From: Thermomicrobiales bacterium
GTDB taxonomy: Bacteria > Chloroflexota > Limnocylindria > Limnocylindrales > CSP1-4
Direction of reading: 5' to 3'
Assembly (NCBI GenBank): GCA_031360525.1
Contig: JANMBS010000313.1
Coordinates: forward strand, 1 to 24,895
Length of the DNA stretch: 24,895 bases
Positions 22,310 to 24,895 of the stretch are shown here, one piece after another (the first letter of the stretch is position 1; each line of letters opens with the position of its first letter). The position numbers and the translations under genes were made by a program. Below the pieces are notes generated by a model. It worked only from the letters and a program-made list of their open reading frames with translations. It did not search any database and was not told where the DNA came from.

Positions 22310-23752
22310 TTAGAAGTTGAGCGATCGGCCGTCGACGGCCAAGGCCGCCTCGCCGAGAACCTCCGACAGCGTCGGGTGAGCGTGGGTCGCGCCGCCGATC
22401 TCCCACGGCGTCGCCTCGAGATCGAAGCCGAGGGACGCCTCGGCGATCAGGTCGGTCGCGTGCGGGCCGATGATGTGGACGCCGAGCGTGTCGTTCGTCT
22501 CGGCGTCGGCGATGACCTTGGCGAAGCCCTCGTACTCCCCGCCGATGAGCGCCTTCGCGATCGCCTGGAAGGGGACCTTGCCGATCTTGATCTTGTGGCC
22601 CTTCTCGGTCGCCTGTGCCTCGGTCAGGCCGATCGACGCGATCTCCGGCCGGCAGTAGGTCGCCCGCGGCTGGGCCGTGTAGTCCATCTCGTGGACGTCG
22701 GCGTCGCCGGCGATCGTGTGGGCGGCGATGATCCCTTCGTGGGCCGCCGTGTGGGCGAGCCACAACCCGCCGATCACGTCGCCGATCGCGTAGACATGGG
22801 GTTCCTTCGTGCGCATCTTGCCGTTGACCTTGATGACGCCGCGGTCGGTCTCGACCTTGGTCGATTCGAGGCCGATGTTCTCGATGTTTGCCGCGCGGCC
22901 GGTGGCGACGAGCATCATCTCGGCGCGCAGCTCGGTGGGCTCTGCGCCCTCCGGCCCGACCATGAGGCAGATGCCGTTCTCGTCGGTGGTCACCGACTTC
23001 GCGTCGAAGCGGGCGTTGGTCATGACCGTGATGCCGCGCTTGGTGAAGCTGCGCTCGAGCAGCTTGCTGACCTCCGCGTCCTCGAGCGGGACGATACCGG
23101 GCAGGTACTCGAGTAGGGTCACCTTGACCCCGACATCAGCGAACAAACTGGCGAACTCGACCCCGACCGCCCCGGCCCCGACGATCACGATGTCCTTCGG
23201 CAGGGTGTCCATCTTGAGCACGTCGTCGCTGGTCACGATGTGCTTCCCGTCGGGCTCCAGTCCGGGTAGCGACTTGACCCGCGAGCCGGTGGCGATGATG
23301 ACGTCGGTCGCGTTCAGGACGCGGTCGCCGCCCTTACCGGGAGTTCCGTCCTCGCCGGGCTGGCTGACCTTGACCTTGCCCGGACCGTCGAGCTGCCCGC
23401 GGCCGGCGACCCATGTGACCTTGTTCTTGTCGATCAGCGTCTTCAGGCCGGTCCACAGGCGCTTGACCACGGCATCGCGACGAGCGGCCATCGCCGCGTA
23501 GTCGACGACCGGATCGCCCTCGAGCACGACGCCGTACTCCTTGGCGTGGCGGACGCGTTCGGTGAAGGCCGCCGATTCGAGCAAGGCCTTGGTCGGGATG
23601 CATCCGCGATGGAGGCATGTCCCGCCGATCTTGTCCTCGTCGACGAGCGCGACCTTGAGGCCGAGCTGGGCGGCCCGGAAGGCCGCCGCGTAGCCGCCCG
23701 TGCCCGCGCCGAGCACGACGAGGTCGAAGTCGTTGGAAGAGCCGACGGCCAT
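22310..23752 (-). CDS. lpdA: Dihydrolipoamide dehydrogenase (E3)
   Basis: FAD GAGTGG, redox disulfide GGTCLHRGCIPTK, NAD GAGAVGVEF, 'AIGD' and C-terminal HAHPTLSE. Confidence 0.97.
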   Translation of the reverse strand: MAVGSSNDFDLVVLGAGTGGYAAAFRAAQLGLKVALVDEDKIGGTCLHRGCIPTKALLESAAFTERVRHAKEYGVVLEGDPVVDYAAMAARRDAVVKRLWTGLKTLIDKNKVTWVAGRGQLDGPGKVKVSQPGEDGTPGKGGDRVLNATDVIIATGSRVKSLPGLEPDGKHIVTSDDVLKMDTLPKDIVIVGAGAVGVEFASLFADVGVKVTLLEYLPGIVPLEDAEVSKLLERSFTKRGITVMTNARFDAKSVTTDENGICLMVGPEGAEPTELRAEMMLVATGRAANIENIGLESTKVETDRGVIKVNGKMRTKEPHVYAIGDVIGGLWLAHTAAHEGIIAAHTIAGDADVHEMDYTAQPRATYCRPEIASIGLTEAQATEKGHKIKIGKVPFQAIAKALIGGEYEGFAKVIADAETNDTLGVHIIGPHATDLIAEASLGFDLEATPWEIGGATHAHPTLSEVLGEAALAVDGRSLNF

Positions 23753-23755
23753 GGG

Positions 23756-23815
23756 TCAGGGTGCCTCGGAGCGCCTCGAGGCCGGCGACGAACGTCGGCT
23801 GGGCAGATGGGTCAT
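23756..23815 (-). other. Possible leaderless upstream mini-ORF (19 aa) of the bkd operon
   Basis: TACCAT -10, 8 nt, then ATG 23815 reading MTHLPSRRSSPASRRSEAP-TGA, followed by CCC and the lpd ATG in frame. Confidence 0.3.
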
Positions 23816-23823
23816 CGAGGTCG

Positions 23824-23829
23824 ATGGTA
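23824..23829 (-). promoter_or_regulatory. -10 TACCAT for the lpd-bkd operon
   Basis: TANNNT hexamer on minus in the divergent lpd/plsY gap, about 70 nt upstream of the lpd ATG. Confidence 0.45.
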
Positions 23830-23967
23830 CGCGCGCTGTCCGGACTCCCGCAACCGACCCGACCGGGCCACCGGGCCCGCCGGGGCCGCCGTGGGCCGCT
23901 CCCGTCCAGCGCGGGACTGACTTGGGCCGCCTCGGTCCCGGCCCCCCGGTCCCGGCCAGCCCCGATG

Positions 23968-23973
23968 TAGACT
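23968..23973 (+). promoter_or_regulatory. -10 TAGACT for plsY (leadered; GGAG SD before ATG)
   Basis: TANNNT hexamer about 50 nt upstream of ATG 24026. GGAG lies 7 nt before the ATG. The leader contains a GACTG-CACG-CAGTC hairpin. Confidence 0.45.
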
Positions 23974-24025
23974 CCGGCCATCGGGACCCGACTGCACGCA
24001 GTCCCGATCTCGATGGAGCGAACCG

Positions 24026-24676
24026 ATGGACCCCGCCCTCGCGGTCCGGACCGTGGGCCTGATGCTCATCGCCTACCTCGCCGGATCGATCCCGGTCGGC
24101 GTGCTGGTCGCGCGTCGCGCGGGCGGGACGGACCCACGCACCATCGGGTCGGGCCGGACCGGCGGGACCAACGCATTGCGGGCGCTCGGCCCACGATGGG
24201 CGGCCGTGGTCGTGGCCGGCGACCTGGCGAAGGGCGCGTTGCCCGTGCTGCTCGCCCGCTGGGTGACCGGCGGCGATCCACTTGTCGAGGTCCTGTGCGG
24301 GGCTGCCGCGGTTGCCGGGGCGATCTGGTCGGTCTTCGCCGGGTTCCGCAGCGGACGTGGGGTCGGGACCGGTGTCGGGACGATGTTGGTCATCCAGCCG
24401 ATCGCCGTCCTGCTCGCTGCACCGGTGTTCATCGGCGTGATCTTGCTGACGCGTTACGTGTCGCTCGGGTCGCTGCTCGGATCCGCGGCGATGCTCCCGG
24501 CGATGTTGCTGGTCCTCCTGGTCGTGCCTGAGACGCCGCTCCCCTACGTCATCTACTCAGCGGTCGGTGCCGCCCTGATCTGGATGGCCCACGCCGACAA
24601 CATCGACCGGCTGCTCCACGGCACGGAGCGCAAGTTCGATCTCGGCTTGCTGGCAGGCAAGCGCCCCAGCGGCTGA
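24026..24676 (+). CDS. plsY: Glycerol-3-phosphate acyltransferase PlsY
   Basis: 'AYLAGSIPVG', motif 1 GSGRTGGTNALR, 'DLAKG', motif 2 FRSGRGVGT, 'RYVSLGS' and motif 3 'HADNIDRLLHGTERK'; multi-TM. Confidence 0.95.
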   Translation: MDPALAVRTVGLMLIAYLAGSIPVGVLVARRAGGTDPRTIGSGRTGGTNALRALGPRWAAVVVAGDLAKGALPVLLARWVTGGDPLVEVLCGAAAVAGAIWSVFAGFRSGRGVGTGVGTMLVIQPIAVLLAAPVFIGVILLTRYVSLGSLLGSAAMLPAMLLVLLVVPETPLPYVIYSAVGAALIWMAHADNIDRLLHGTERKFDLGLLAGKRPSG

Positions 24677-24894
24677 GCCTGCCTCTCGGGCCAGCGTCGA
24701 ACCACGGGCCACCCACCCGTCGACTGCCAGGCGACGAAGGGGCCGAGCGAAAGCGGACCGCGGGCCTTAGCGGCTCCGACCCACATTTCGTCGTCTGTGA
24801 GGCGACGATCGCCCTCCCCGGAGAATCGAACGACCCAGGCCGGCTGACGACCTGGGTCGGGGATCGACGCTGGTTCGGCGGGCCGTGAGTCGGC
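24553..24894 (-). CDS. Possible 3' end of a convergent hypothetical gene (5'-truncated by window edge)
   Basis: The frame is open to the window edge and reads like protein (...PAWVVRFSGEGDRRLTDDEMWVGAAKARGPLSLGPFVAWQSTGGWPVVRRWP...). It would overlap plsY by 124 nt, which argues against it. Confidence 0.25.
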   Translation of the reverse strand, partial: ADSRPAEPASIPDPGRQPAWVVRFSGEGDRRLTDDEMWVGAAKARGPLSLGPFVAWQSTGGWPVVRRWPERQAQPLGRLPASKPRSNLRSVPWSSRSMLSAWAIQIRAAPTAE

Positions 24895-24895
24895 C

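Noticed and set aside
24739-24777. GGGGCCGA start resembling a tmRNA or tRNA 5' end
   Set aside because: No TTCGAC D-loop-like motif and no T-arm or CCA end within the window.
1-24895. Mobile element, prophage or defence island
   Set aside because: No integrase, transposase, phage or defence motifs, no terminal repeats, and no visible compositional break.

Overview
High-GC (roughly 70% by eye) bacterial window with no mobile elements, CRISPR arrays, tRNA or rRNA genes that I can support. A Chloroflexota origin (possibly Limnocylindria-like) is my inference from gene content and protein style only. Three blocks are present. (1) 1-10620 (+): a tightly coupled envelope operon of ABC ATPase (3' end), ABC-2 permease, a membrane-anchored coiled-coil protein with a (GQ)17 tract, a MoxR AAA+ ATPase, a DUF58 protein, a BatA/VWA protein and a 998-aa double-VWA/GATase-like membrane protein. 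(2) 10742-16336: a lipoprotein, an acyl-CoA dehydrogenase divergent from a SufR-like three-Cys regulator, two internally duplicated hypothetical proteins, an atypical adenosine-deaminase-family enzyme and a structured intergenic segment that may be an ncRNA. (3) 16376-24676: lipA, an extended SDR and a Bacillus-type branched-chain 2-oxoacid dehydrogenase operon (lpd, E1 alpha, E1 beta, E2, all on -), divergent from plsY. The most interesting points are the ABC/MoxR/VWA machine with a Cys-His-Cys insert beside a MIDAS motif, pervasive -10 hexamers 6-8 nt before start codons (probable leaderless mRNAs), short in-frame ORFs before lpd and E1 alpha, a candidate 6S-like RNA and the deaminase with altered substrate-binding residues.
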